NCBI GenBank assembly: GCA_951406725.2
Contig: OX597839.1
Location: 32,860,001-32,924,000 of the forward strand
Source of the DNA: Octopus vulgaris
Taxonomy: Eukaryota
DNA: 64,000 nt
Direction of reading: 5' to 3'
Below the pieces are notes generated by a model, which was given only the letters and a program-made list of their open reading frames with translations, was not told the origin of the DNA and did not search any database. Positions 52,466 through 64,000 of this stretch are shown piece after piece (within the stretch, counting starts at the first letter, position 1; every line of letters begins with the position of its first letter). The position numbers and the translations under genes were made by a program.

Positions 52466-53458
52466 TACAAAGTTGGAAAAGACTTGAGAGGTATGGTGAG
52501 GTACGAGGGTAGGGGAGTGGGGGGGTCAGCTGCAGACAACGGATTTGGTGGGGATAAGTTTTTGTGGTTTTGTAGTCGTGACTAGACAATGTTCTGCATG
52601 GCTGGCATGAGACTTTGGAAGAACGTCGGGAGGAAACAGAGAATGCTTCATTAGATATATGGCCCGTTCACAGTTTGGGGCTACCTGGTGTCATCCACAG
52701 TTGGGCCACCCGGTGTCATCCACAGTTGGGCCATATTTCCTCTGGATCTACATCAGGAATAGCCAAAATACAGTAAGTGAGAACAACATGCCTTGTTGTT
52801 TTGTTGTTTGTTTCTTCTCGAGCCATGTCTGGCTCATAAGGGCCGGTTTCCCGGTTTCCTTGGCATATAGGTTCCACACCTGGACGGGATGCTGGTCCGT
52901 CGCAGGTGAGTTGCAAGATGCATGAGGAAAGAGTGAGAGAAAGTTGTGGCGAAAGAGTCAGCAGACGTTCGCCATTACCTTCTGCCGGAACCGCGTGTAG
53001 CTTAGGTGTTTTGGTCATAAACACACACATTGCCTGGTTTGAGATTCGAACCCGCGATCCCTCAACCGCGAGTCTGCTGCTCTAACAACTAGACCATGTG
53101 CCTCCATGAACAACATGCCTAGGACACGTCAATATATGTTTATGCATCTACCTGATGTCACACAAACTGCACAGATTGGTGCAGCACAATTAGGTGCACA
53201 AAATCCTGTCCATAACAGACAGTTGCAAGATGGGTCGAAACGATCACCATACTGAGTATAGACTAGTGCTAAATCTATCTTCCATTTCTTTCATCAATTA
53301 TCACGTATATATGTGTGGTAAGTAGCTTGCTAACCAACCACATGGTTCCGGGTTCACTCCCACTGCATGGTACCTTGGGCAAGTGTCTTCTACTATAGCC
53401 TCGGGCCGACCAAAGCCTTGTGAGTGGATTTGGGAAACTGGAAGAAGCCCACCGTATG

Positions 53459-53507
<49 letters not shown>

Positions 53508-53680
53508 GTATGTGTATGTATGTATGTATGTGTGTGTATATGTTTGTGTGTCTGTGTTTGTCCCCCCAACATCGCTTGACAACTGATGCTGGTGTGTTTA
53601 CGTCCCCGTAACTTAGCAGTTCGGTAAAAGAGACCAATAGAATAAGTACTAGGCTTACAAAGAATAAGCCCTGGAGGTCG

Positions 53681-53716
<36 letters not shown>

Positions 53717-54011
53717 GTGTGTGTATATGTTTGTGTGTCTGTTTGCCCCCCCCCCACATCTTTTTGCCCATATCTGAGCATACTTTACACACCCAATCAA
53801 TTTGTTGGTTTATTTTCATATGTTATGATAAAGAACACTGAAACCTATTTGAGATTTTTGATTAAAAAAATATTTATTTTTATTGTAAACAAAAAGAATT
53901 TCTGTCTTTATTATGAATGACAAACATTGAGATAGTTCGAAGCTTTTTGCTTTTGTATCATAGCAGTTTTTGTATTGGATTTTGTATCATAGCAGTCACT
54001 ATCAAAAGTTT

Positions 54012-54486
54012 CTTACCCTTTTGTTACTCTATTTATTTTGAGATGCTCTGTGTTTCTTTCAATTACTTTAAATATAACAAAGAGTTTAGTAAAATGACTT
54101 AGTTATCATTCAGCTAGTGTTAGGAACATAAATTGTGACTAAGGTTTGGTGGAAGATTTTAATTCAAAACTTATGAAAACAAGACATTTGTACTCAGAGC
54201 CGGTTTCAGCCAGGTTGGTATCAAAAGAGTTAAGAATTGTTTCTCTATTATATATCTTAACCCTTTCGCTACTGTGTTTATCTTGAGATGCTCTGTGTTT
54301 CTTTCAATTACTTTAAAATATAACAAAGAATTTAGTAAAATAAACTTAGCTATCATTCAGCTAGTGTTAGGAACATAAATAGTGACTAAGGTTTGGTGGA
54401 AGATTTTAATTGAAAACTTATGAAAACAAGTCATTTGCATTCAGAACCAGAACCGGTTTCAACCGGGTTGATAATGAAAAGGTTAA
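54012..54486. mobile_element. Two tandem piggyBac-type MITE copies (further decayed copies at ~54711-55490 and ~32150-32360)
   Basis: TTAA-CCCTT ... AAGG-TTAA ends on the second copy. The ~225-bp bodies 54012-54233 and 54257-54486 are homologous. Confidence 0.6.
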
Positions 54487-54766
54487 TGTTAGCTGATCAT
54501 TGAGTGTTGCTGCTGCCATCCGTCCATTGTTTCTATGCTGTTACAGCATGCTCTTCTGCTGCTGCTTCTGTTACTATCTGCTGACCGTTGTTTCTGTGTC
54601 CAGTCTGCCATCCACCATCCATCAGTAGTGGCTAATCTAGTTATCATTAAGCTGGTGTTTTGGAACAAATTGACATGAAATATTAATGGAAGGTTTTTAA
54701 TTTTAACCATCTTAATCTTTTTGTTACCATATTTCTGTTGAAATACAAAACCCTTGTTTCAGTTAA

Positions 54767-55155
54767 TCTCTCTATATATAAAGCTGAAGTTGTCTGTGTG
54801 TATGGCAGGTTTGGTAGCCTTCAACTAACGCTATCTCCTCCGAGACCCTACGGCGCAAGTTGACCAAAATTAAGAGTATGATAGAAGAAGGCTTGCTCTT
54901 CATTCCGTAGAAGAAAAAATTCAAATCGGACCATGTTAAGACCAAAAAGTATTTAAATCAAAAAGGTGCTTTTTTTTCTATGAAAATCCCTATTTTTTAT
55001 GATTTTTTGACTGCTGTGTCACCATTTTTCGGTGTATTTCAACCAGAAAAATGTTCAGAGAATAACAAGCTACATAAAGCAAAATTTTTACTTTTCAAAA
55101 TTTCCAATTCTAAAGGGTTGAAACAAACCCGAGCAACACCGGGCAATACTGCTAG
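54767..55155 (+). mobile_element. Non-autonomous Helitron
   Basis: 5' TC...TATATATAAAG. 3' CCCGAGCAACACCGGG...CTAG|T. Interior differs from the 23 kb copies. Confidence 0.8.
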
Positions 55156-56629
55156 TTTTGAATATAGCAGAATTTAATCAAACAACTTCTTTATTATTAA
55201 GCTGGTGTTTATAACATAAATTACCATGAAATTTTAATGGAAGGGTTTAATGTAGATCCCTTCAACCCTATTGTTGCCATATTTCCGTTACACTACACTA
55301 CCTTTGTTTTAATTAATTTTGAAAATACTGAAGAATTTAGTAAAATAACTTTGTTACAATTAAATTGGTATTTAGAACATAAATTAACATAAATTTTTTA
55401 TGGAAGATTTAGATTTAGCTAAATTAAAACATGGAGTTTACATCATAGCATTGAAAGTGGTGTCAGTGACGTTGGTACTAAAATGTTTAAGGGTGTGGAA
55501 CCTGCACATCCTTGTTTTTTCCTGTCTTTCATTGCTTTATCCAGAATTTGCACCTAATTTCTATAGCTGTTTCATCTGTGTAACAACCTGTTTATAAACA
55601 TTTTATTCACCAAGCTGGCATAACAGCACTTCAATGTCTAATTCTTTTTTATTGCCATTGAGAATAAGATTGTCCATAGCATAGAGAAGCAGACATAGCC
55701 ATGTGGCTAAGAAGTGCACATGGCAGCTACGTGACTCCAGGTTCAATCCCCCGTCGTGGAACAGTGAACAAATGTCTTTTCATATATGTTTGAGTTGATA
55801 AAATTGATTAACATGTCATGTGCAGATTTTGGTAGATGGAAACTGTGTAGAAGCCCATCATGTATATGTCTATATACGTATGTATGTATTTGTGTATATG
55901 TGTATGTATGTATTTGTGTATATGTGTATGTATGTATTTGTGTATGTATGTATTTTGTGTCTATGTGTATTTGTGTATATGTGTATGTATGTATTTATGT
56001 ATGTGTGCATAGGTGTATGTATGTGTGTATGTATGTATGTGTGTATGTTCATATGTATGTGTGTATTTGTGTATGTGTGTATTTGTGTATGTATGTCTGT
56101 CTGTATGTTTGTATGTATGCATTCTCTTTCTTTTTTTAATTTGGTGTAGATTCTGACCGTCCACCTTCTTGGTAGCAAGGTTTTGAAGGGAAGCATCTTC
56201 TTTTAACCCCAGTCCTTTAAATCTTGCAGATTTTTAGAGCCCCACATATAATCATTTGTAGCGTATAACTTAAAGATTGGCATTCTCTCCTCAAGATCCC
56301 AAATTCAGCCATAATTTGCTCCAGACAGGCCAGTACTTATCCTGCTGCCCCCATAATAATAGGGAAGAAGCTGAAAGGATATCGTGGATTTTGGATTTGC
56401 GAGTAGCAAGGTTTTCCTTGTAACTGTTAAACTTCTAAATTTTTTTAAATAATGTTTTTCACAACAATATATATTGTGAAAAACAAGAGTGGCTGGCTTA
56501 CCAGCCTCATGGTTTCGGGTTCAGTCCTATTGCATGGCACCTTGGGCAAGTGTTTTCTACTATAGTCTGAGGCTGACCAAAGCCTTGTGAGTGGATTTGG
56601 TAGACAGAAACTGAAAGAAGCCCATTGTG

Positions 56630-56666
<37 letters not shown>

Positions 56667-56677
56667 TTTCTCTAATT

Positions 56678-56711
<34 letters not shown>

Positions 56712-56717
<6 letters not shown>

Positions 56718-57014
56718 AATTAGAGAAAAAACACCATTATGTAATTCAAACAATGATAGACGCAAGTCATACCATATAGAAAAAATAAAATATATTATAT
56801 AACATATAACTAGATCACAATGTACTTTATTGTGATCTAGATAAATGTTTTATATATATTATTTTTTCTATATGGTATGATTTACGTCTATCATTGTTTG
56901 AATTACATAATGGTGTTTTTTCTCTAATTTATATATATCATATATTTATATTGTGAAATTTGATTTAATACTAAATTGAATTTTTCCCTGTAAGTTTGGA
57001 GTTATACTCCCTAA

Positions 57015-57018
<4 letters not shown>
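56712..57018. mobile_element. Foldback (TA)n-embedded element (family B)
   Basis: ~105-bp imperfect inverted arms around a loop of about 8 nt near 56821-56828, followed by TTTTCCCTGTAAGTTTGGA...CCCTAATATT. Related copies at 28485-28790 and 61040-61340. Confidence 0.55.
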
Positions 57019-57094
<76 letters not shown>

Positions 57095-57095
<1 letters not shown>

Positions 57096-57461
57096 TAGCA
57101 GTATCACCCGGCGTTGCTCAGGTTTGTAAGGGAAATAACTATAAAGCATTTTGAGAGAGTTATAGCCAAAAAATAGCAAAAAAATGGAAAAAAATGATGT
57201 TAAATTTTTTTTGAGATTTAAAAAAGGTGGAGTTGCGTCCCCTAGACAGTTTGTGGTTCGTGTTTCTGATTCTCGACCCCATGTCGAATTTATCGATTTT
57301 TTTCAGAACTGGGGGAACTTTTCAAAATTTTCGCTGCGTTAGTTTTGAATTATGACATTGGGCTATGTGTGTGTCAAGTTTCATCAGAATCGGTTGACAG
57401 CCGTGGTCAGGGTGAGGGTACAACCAAACAGACACACAGAAACACGCACAGACAAACTGCC

Positions 57462-57470
<9 letters not shown>
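57095..57470 (-). mobile_element. Non-autonomous Helitron
   Basis: Reverse-complement 3' end CTAG...CCCGGCGTTGCTCAGG at 57095-57122. Shares the subterminal 'tatagttatttcccttacaaa' with the 23 kb copies. Confidence 0.78.
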
Positions 57471-57497
<27 letters not shown>

Positions 57498-58225
57498 TCA
57501 TCATCATCATCATTTAATGCCTGTTGTCCATGCTGGCATGGTTTGGACAGTTTGATTGGAGCTGGAAGGCTGCACCAGACCCCAGTCTGATTGGAATGGT
57601 TTCCTACAGCTGGATGTCCTTCCTAATGCCAACCACTCCAAGAGTGTATCGAGTGCTTTTTATGTGCCACTGGCACAGGTGCCATTTGTTTGACGCTGGT
57701 ATCTGCCATGACTGCAGTTTTGCTCAGCTTGATGGGTCTTCTTCTTCTCAAGCCCGACATAATGCCAAAGGTCACAGTCATTGCCTCTGTGGGGCCCAGC
57801 ACTTGAAAGGAACTCAGTCACATTGCTCCAGTCCACTCGGCTGACAAAAATGTAATTCAAAGGGGTCCAGCCTTGTTACATTCCATGTCGTGCTGAATCT
57901 CCCTGAGATCTACGTGAAGGTCACACGTGTCTGTGGAGTACTCAGCCACTTGTATGTTAACTTCACAAGTAACCTGTTCCATTGGTTGGATCTACTGGAA
58001 CACTCATGTTAACCAACGGAGAGGCAGTTTTTTGTTTGTTTGGTTTTTTTTTTGTAATACAAATATGAATAAAAAAATAAGACAACAAAATTACAAAGTT
58101 AGAATTAAAAAAATACATAAAAAGAAACAACATTTTAACAAAATAAAAATAATTTTATATCTGCCATTTAAATGCTAAAAGGACTTTTGAGTCACCCTCT
58201 GTTAGTGTGTGTGTATATTAAATTG

Positions 58226-58257
<32 letters not shown>

Positions 58258-58860
58258 ATATATATATATAAATACATATATATTCTTTTCTACTCTAGGC
58301 ACAAAGCCTGATATTTTTTTAGTGAGGGAGGAAACCAATCGATTTGATTGATCCCAGTTTGCAACTGGTACTTAATTTATTGACCCCAAAAGGATGAAAG
58401 GCAAAGTTGACTTTGGCGGAATTAGAACTCAGAACGTATAGACAGACGAAATACTTCTAAGCATTTCACCCGGTATGCTAACATTTCTGCCAGCTCGCTG
58501 CCTTGGTATATTGGGAAGGCGTTTAGCTTAGGGGTTAGGGCATTCAGCTCCTGAACCTAAGGTCATGAATTCAGTTCCCAGTGGCGCATTATATCCTTGA
58601 GCAAGACTCTTTATATCACGTTTTCCGGTCCACTCAGCTGGCAAAAATGAGTTGTACCTGTATTTCAAAGGGCCAGCCTTGTCACATTAAAGGTACACGT
58701 GTCTGTGGAGTGCTCAGCCACTTGCACATTCAATTTCACAAGCAGGTTGTTCTGTTGATCGGATCAGCTGGGACCTTTGTCGTTGTAACCAACAGAGTGC
58801 TCCTTTAATATATGTATGTATGTATATATGTATATGTTTGTGTGTGTATATGTGTGTACG

Positions 58861-58913
<53 letters not shown>

Positions 58914-58942
58914 TATATGTATATACATACACATACACACAC

Positions 58943-59003
<61 letters not shown>

Positions 59004-59820
59004 GTGAAATAGAAAAAGAGAGAGAGAGTGTGGCAGGCAGATAGACAAACTGATAGACATGTAGTCAGGAGTTTTGGTTCACAATCATGCAATTTCTGAT
59101 ATGATTCCAGTGTGTAGAATCTTGGAGAATTGTGCCAGTAAGGTGATGCTGACAACGATCACGCTTGAATGGTGCTTTTTTCATTCCACCAGCATGGGAG
59201 CCAGTCAGTGACCCTAGCAACAATCATGCTTGGATGATGCTTTTAACGTTCCACTGGCATGAGAATAAATTAAGTACCAGTTGCAAACAGTAATGCCAAT
59301 CAGGCATTACTGCGATGGGACACGTCAGCGATTTTGATTTCACTTGCCTCAACAGGTCTTTGCAAGCAAGGTTTATTGTCCAATGAATGAAAGGTACTCA
59401 TTATATTTATATATATATATATAAATGTTAAATAATGGAATGAGTGCTCAACACCACATTCAAGTTGAGCAATCATTTCATCCAAAATGGAGATGAATAC
59501 CATTACTTTATGTAATTGGCAGGAAAAATTGTGAAGATATTAAGATATTTATCTTAAAATGAAACCAATAGTAGGCTTAATACACACATAATATATATAT
59601 ATCATCATCATCATCATCATAGTTTAACGTCCATTTTCCATGCTAGCATGGGTTGGACGGTTTGACTGGGGTCTGGGAAGCCAAGAGGCTGCACCAGGCT
59701 CCAGTCTGATCTGGTAGTGTTTCTACAGCTGGATGCCCTTCCTAACGCCAACCACTCCGAGAGTGTAGTGGGTGCTTTTTACGTGCCACCGGCACAGGTG
59801 GCCAGGGGAGGCTGGCAGTA

Positions 59821-59881
<61 letters not shown>

Positions 59882-59891
59882 CTTAAGATAA

Positions 59892-60545
59892 TATAGGGTA
59901 GCAAAATTTTAGAAATTTTTCTACCAGTGACCTAGCATGAATAGAATGTCAATGAACAACATACTTTCCACATAAAATTAGTGTACATTTAAACACAAAA
60001 AGAGGTGACCTTTAACAGGCTGCCTTACATAATAGAAGGAGCAGTCAAAATGTGCAAAACCACAGTTAAGAGCAATTTCGAAGGGAATGAAAAATAAAAA
60101 CTTTTACCATGTTTTTACAACCAGACCTAGGTTTCAAACTTTAATTGGCAAATAAAATAATTTGCCTGGCGAAGTTCTCATCAGTGGGTATGCCAAAACA
60201 TTAACATATAATTTAGAGACAGAATAACACATGTCAGATCATTATATATTATAATTTTTCAAATCTGCCCTTCGAAATAGCTAGATGTTTGGCTGCTATT
60301 TCTAATTTTTCGGCATGTGCTGAAGCAACTCTTTTTGCTGAACCCTAATTATAATTATACTCATAATTATAAAAAATTGCTGTTTAAGTTTACTGATAAT
60401 GGTTCTTTTAACATGCCAAAACTACTTGGTAAAATTATTGATAATTAATCTGTGGTTTTGGATGTTTTGACTGCTCCTTCTAGCATGTAAGGTGGCCTGT
60501 TAAGGGTCACCTCTTTTTGTGTTTAAATGTTCACTAATTTTATAT
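59892..60545. mobile_element. Composite (TA)n-embedded Penelope-like cassette carrying a hammerhead
   Basis: Imperfect inverted arms 59972-60065 and 60450-60543 enclose the hammerhead (60121-60187) and a family-A terminal segment (60270-60450). Confidence 0.6.
60121..60187 (-). ncRNA. Minimal type I hammerhead ribozyme motif
   Basis: Minus strand reads CCA-CTGATGA-[GAACTT...GGCAAAT-loop-ATTTGCC...AAGTTT]-GAAA-CCTAGG-TC-TGG: intact core, paired stem II, palindromic stem III, GUC cleavage triplet, CCA/TGG stem I. Confidence 0.8.
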
Positions 60546-61000
60546 AGTGTATATATGTATATATAGATATACATACATGTGCATACATATATATATTATG
60601 TAGATAGGATTAAAATACAAGCTGTGTCCTCTTGAATCACTTCTGCTTATTACCGTAATCCAAATCTAGACGGTGATGTTATATTTGTGCGGAACTTGCA
60701 TAAGAGTTGAAAAATACCGGAAAATAATATTTGTGGAATAATTGCATATCAAAATAGGGGATTGGTATTTTTTAGTCATCATTACATGTGTTTCTTTTGC
60801 TAATAGGGAGCTACAAAATTGCACATGTAGAAGGATCTTGTTAGATATCTCCTACAGGAAATTCTCCAGACAATATTATTGTTTGATTCTCTGTTCGAAG
60901 AATTTTTTAGCAGGCGATATCTTACATGTTTTTCCTACACATGTAACTCCCTATAAACAAATGAACCATGTGTAAAGGTGAATAACACAGCAAACTTTTT

Positions 61001-61044
<44 letters not shown>

Positions 61045-61331
61045 TAATAATAAATATTAGGGAATAAATCCAAACTTACAGGGAAAAATCAGATTTAGGA
61101 TTGAATCCAATTTTATAGTAAAATATTATATTATATTAAATTAGAGACAAAACCACTATTATGCAAATCAAACAAAAAAAGACTTAATCCAATACATAAA
61201 TTAATTTATATTATTTAGAAATTTAACAATTATTAATTATTAATAATTGTTAAATAATATAAATTAATTTATGTATTGGATTAAGTCTTTCTTTGTTTGA
61301 TTTGCATAATAGTGGTTTTGTCTCTAATTTA

Positions 61332-61386
<55 letters not shown>

Positions 61387-61799
61387 ATATGTATGTATAT
61401 ATAAACGTGATGGAAAAAATTTACAATATATATATATATAATGTATAATCATCACTAAATGCAACTAAAGTGTTGAGAAACACCTACATTGCTAGAAATA
61501 AGAGCTACAAAATACCTATTTCTAGCAATGTAGGTGTCTTTAAATACACTAGTCACATTTAGTGACAATCATAATTCTCCCTTTGGGTGGAACATTGCAA
61601 ACTGCTGTTTATATTAATTTTATATTTACACACACACACAAACACACACATATATATATATAATAGTTGGCATTAGGAAGGGCATCCAGCTGTAGAAACA
61701 TTGCCAGATCAGATTGGAGCCTGGTCTAGCTGCTGGCTTTCCAGACCTCAGTCAAACCATCCAACCCATGCCAGCATGGAAAATAGATGTTAAACATTG

Positions 61800-61841
<42 letters not shown>

Positions 61842-61988
61842 ACTGGCTTTGCTGGGTGGAGGTGGTTATCTCCCCCTGTGAAAACATAAGGACAACAGGA
61901 AACGGTGTTTCCTATGGCTAAATAGCAGTAGCATTCTTCCTTTTCATGGGACTTTCACATTATGTTGACAACATACTATCACTTTATA

Positions 61989-62041
<53 letters not shown>

Positions 62042-62497
62042 AAATATTAAGATATATAATTTCAGTTTATCCTTACTATAAAAGCTAAATAAAAAATGCT
62101 CACTAGTACAACTTTAATTTTACACACACAGTTGTAATAATGAAGTGAAATTATTTAATATGTGTGTTTCAGGTTCGTAACACGAAATGAATCCATTACG
62201 TAATACTTTTCTCAGTTAAACTATTTCATTTATGCAATGGCTGCATCTCCTGTTACATATTACAAAAATCTGAAGCATAAGTCTTAAATGATTTCAAAAT
62301 ATCCATATTTGGTTTGACTTCCTGATTACAACTTATATGACTTGATACCAGGACAAATCATTCGGTCGAGACTCCACTTATGTGGACGTTCTAGCAATGG
62401 TTTGGAGTAGGTTGTTAGATTTGACACAAGTCAAAAATTCTAGTACTGTGCCCTGCTTCTTAGCAAAACACAAAATTTGTGTGTGTGTGTGTGTTTA

Positions 62498-62536
<39 letters not shown>

Positions 62537-62770
62537 ATATATACATAGAGACAGAGAGAAAGAGAGATGCATATGTATATTTATGTGTGTGAATATATGC
62601 ATATATATTTTTTTTTGTTGAACCCTAATTATAATTATACTCATAATTATAAAAAAATTGCTGTTTAAGTTTACCGATAATGGTTCTTTTAACATGCCAA
62701 AACTACTTGGTAAAATTATTAATAATTAATAATTATTAATTAATTAATTAATTTTACCCTTTATTATTAT

Positions 62771-62841
<71 letters not shown>

Positions 62842-62850
62842 ATATATATG

Positions 62851-62906
<56 letters not shown>

Positions 62907-62969
62907 ATAATTTATGAATAAATTATTTTGGACTACTTTTAATTTGAAAGGAAAGAAAGGAAAAAACAA

Positions 62970-63998
62970 TCATCTGCTAAATTTATGACTTCTCAATCGT
63001 GGGGCAGGTCTTGCATATAATTCCGAATAATCAGTGTGGGGCTGAGGATAGTTCATATTTAAATTCATGTTACTATTGTACGGCCGTTGTGGGTATTGGA
63101 CTCCCTGCGGATAACCCCTGCTATGATTAGGGACAAGAAGATCATCTCTGTAGTAGCCATGTCCTGGATGGTTGAGCTGAGCTTGATACCGGAATACTTG
63201 CGGGGACACGTCATAATCGGGCGGAATTTCATATTTTGGTTTTGGCATTGTGGGCAGAGGGTTTCTAGGAGGATTGGAGTGGCGTGATGATCCACTGCGA
63301 TCGGAAGATACCGTGTTGTTTTTAGATTCGTTCTGTGGATAACGCTTATCAAATTGGAAAACGGCATTTTGCTCATGGTATGATATCTTTCTCTCTGGTG
63401 ATGTTGGAACCATCGAAGGTAGAGCACTGTTTCTGGTGCCACTATCACTTCCATGTGTGGAACCAGGCCTTTGATGCCTGTTATCCCTCAAATGCACTAA
63501 TTCTGGTGAACGAGGACTTTTGCTTTCAGGAGAAATAGATGAACTGGCTGGAGATTTTCTTATAGGGTAAAGAGGATAAGGTGAGCGCGGGCCTTGTCCA
63601 TTAGTACCATCATCATCATCATTGTTGTCATCGTCGACGTCATCATCATCATCATCATCCTCATCATCATCATCATTATCCTTAAAGTGGGATCTAAGTG
63701 CACCTACAACTCTTTCATTGCGGCACTTTCGTGTCCCCATTTTATCTATATGGCCTTGTTTCCGTCGAACGGTGTCGTAATCCTTTGCTGGAAGTAAGAT
63801 CGGAGTAGCTTTTGTCTTAAACTTTAGTTTTAATTCATCGGTGATTGCTTGTACCTGTGGGTCCTCTTGAACAACCGGCACATTCTCGTCAGATGCTGCA
63901 TTGCTTGAAGAGCCCCCACTCGAAACCGTTCCCGTTAAAGGTGATTTTGGTTGTATAGGAGGAGAGTTCCCTACAACTTCTCTACGTAGAAAGTCTTC
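62970..63998 (-). CDS. Large, probably terminal exon of an unidentified protein (Pro/Ser/Asp-rich, contains ELKLKFKTKATPILLPAKDYDTVRRKQG)
   Basis: The 303-aa ORF is non-repetitive apart from one Asp run. By my translation it stays open upstream to the window edge (EDFLRREVVGNSPPIQPKSP...). GC is higher than the flanks. TGA at 62972-62970 is followed by AT-rich UTR-like sequence. Confidence 0.8.
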   Translation of the reverse strand, partial: EDFLRREVVGNSPPIQPKSPLTGTVSSGGSSSNAASDENVPVVQEDPQVQAITDELKLKFKTKATPILLPAKDYDTVRRKQGHIDKMGTRKCRNERVVGALRSHFKDNDDDDEDDDDDDDVDDDNNDDDDGTNGQGPRSPYPLYPIRKSPASSSISPESKSPRSPELVHLRDNRHQRPGSTHGSDSGTRNSALPSMVPTSPERKISYHEQNAVFQFDKRYPQNESKNNTVSSDRSGSSRHSNPPRNPLPTMPKPKYEIPPDYDVSPQVFRYQAQLNHPGHGYYRDDLLVPNHSRGYPQGVQYPQRPYNSNMNLNMNYPQPHTDYSELYARPAPRLRSHKFSR

Positions 63999-64000
63999 AA

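Overview
Eukaryotic, very repeat-rich, AT-rich genomic DNA. The SINE families, (TA)n/(CA)n load and intron scale resemble a coleoid cephalopod such as Octopus (inference from recall, not tested). Two host genes are visible. (1) The 3' half of a spliced CFAP100/CCDC37-family ciliary coiled-coil gene on +: seven phase-compatible exons from 1970 to 32973, plus a possible extra terminal micro-exon at 34546. (2) A large, probably terminal exon of an unidentified gene on - (62970 to the window edge), convergent with it. The rest is microsatellites and minisatellites, at least four SINE-like families, LINE fragments (CR1/L2-, RTE-, R4/Dong- and L1/Tx1-like), Tc1/mariner and piggyBac-type remnants, and Helitrons. 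Almost all long ORFs in the track are low-complexity artefacts. The most unusual signal is a set of short (0.2-0.8 kb) non-coding cassettes, mostly embedded in (TA)n runs, with interleaved direct and inverted repeats. Several carry minimal type I hammerhead ribozyme motifs with a palindromic stem III (60121-60187, 24658-24698, 40633-40680), one with a compensatory U3-A8 core. This points to several families of Penelope-like (pLTR) or retrozyme-like elements associated with TA microsatellites.
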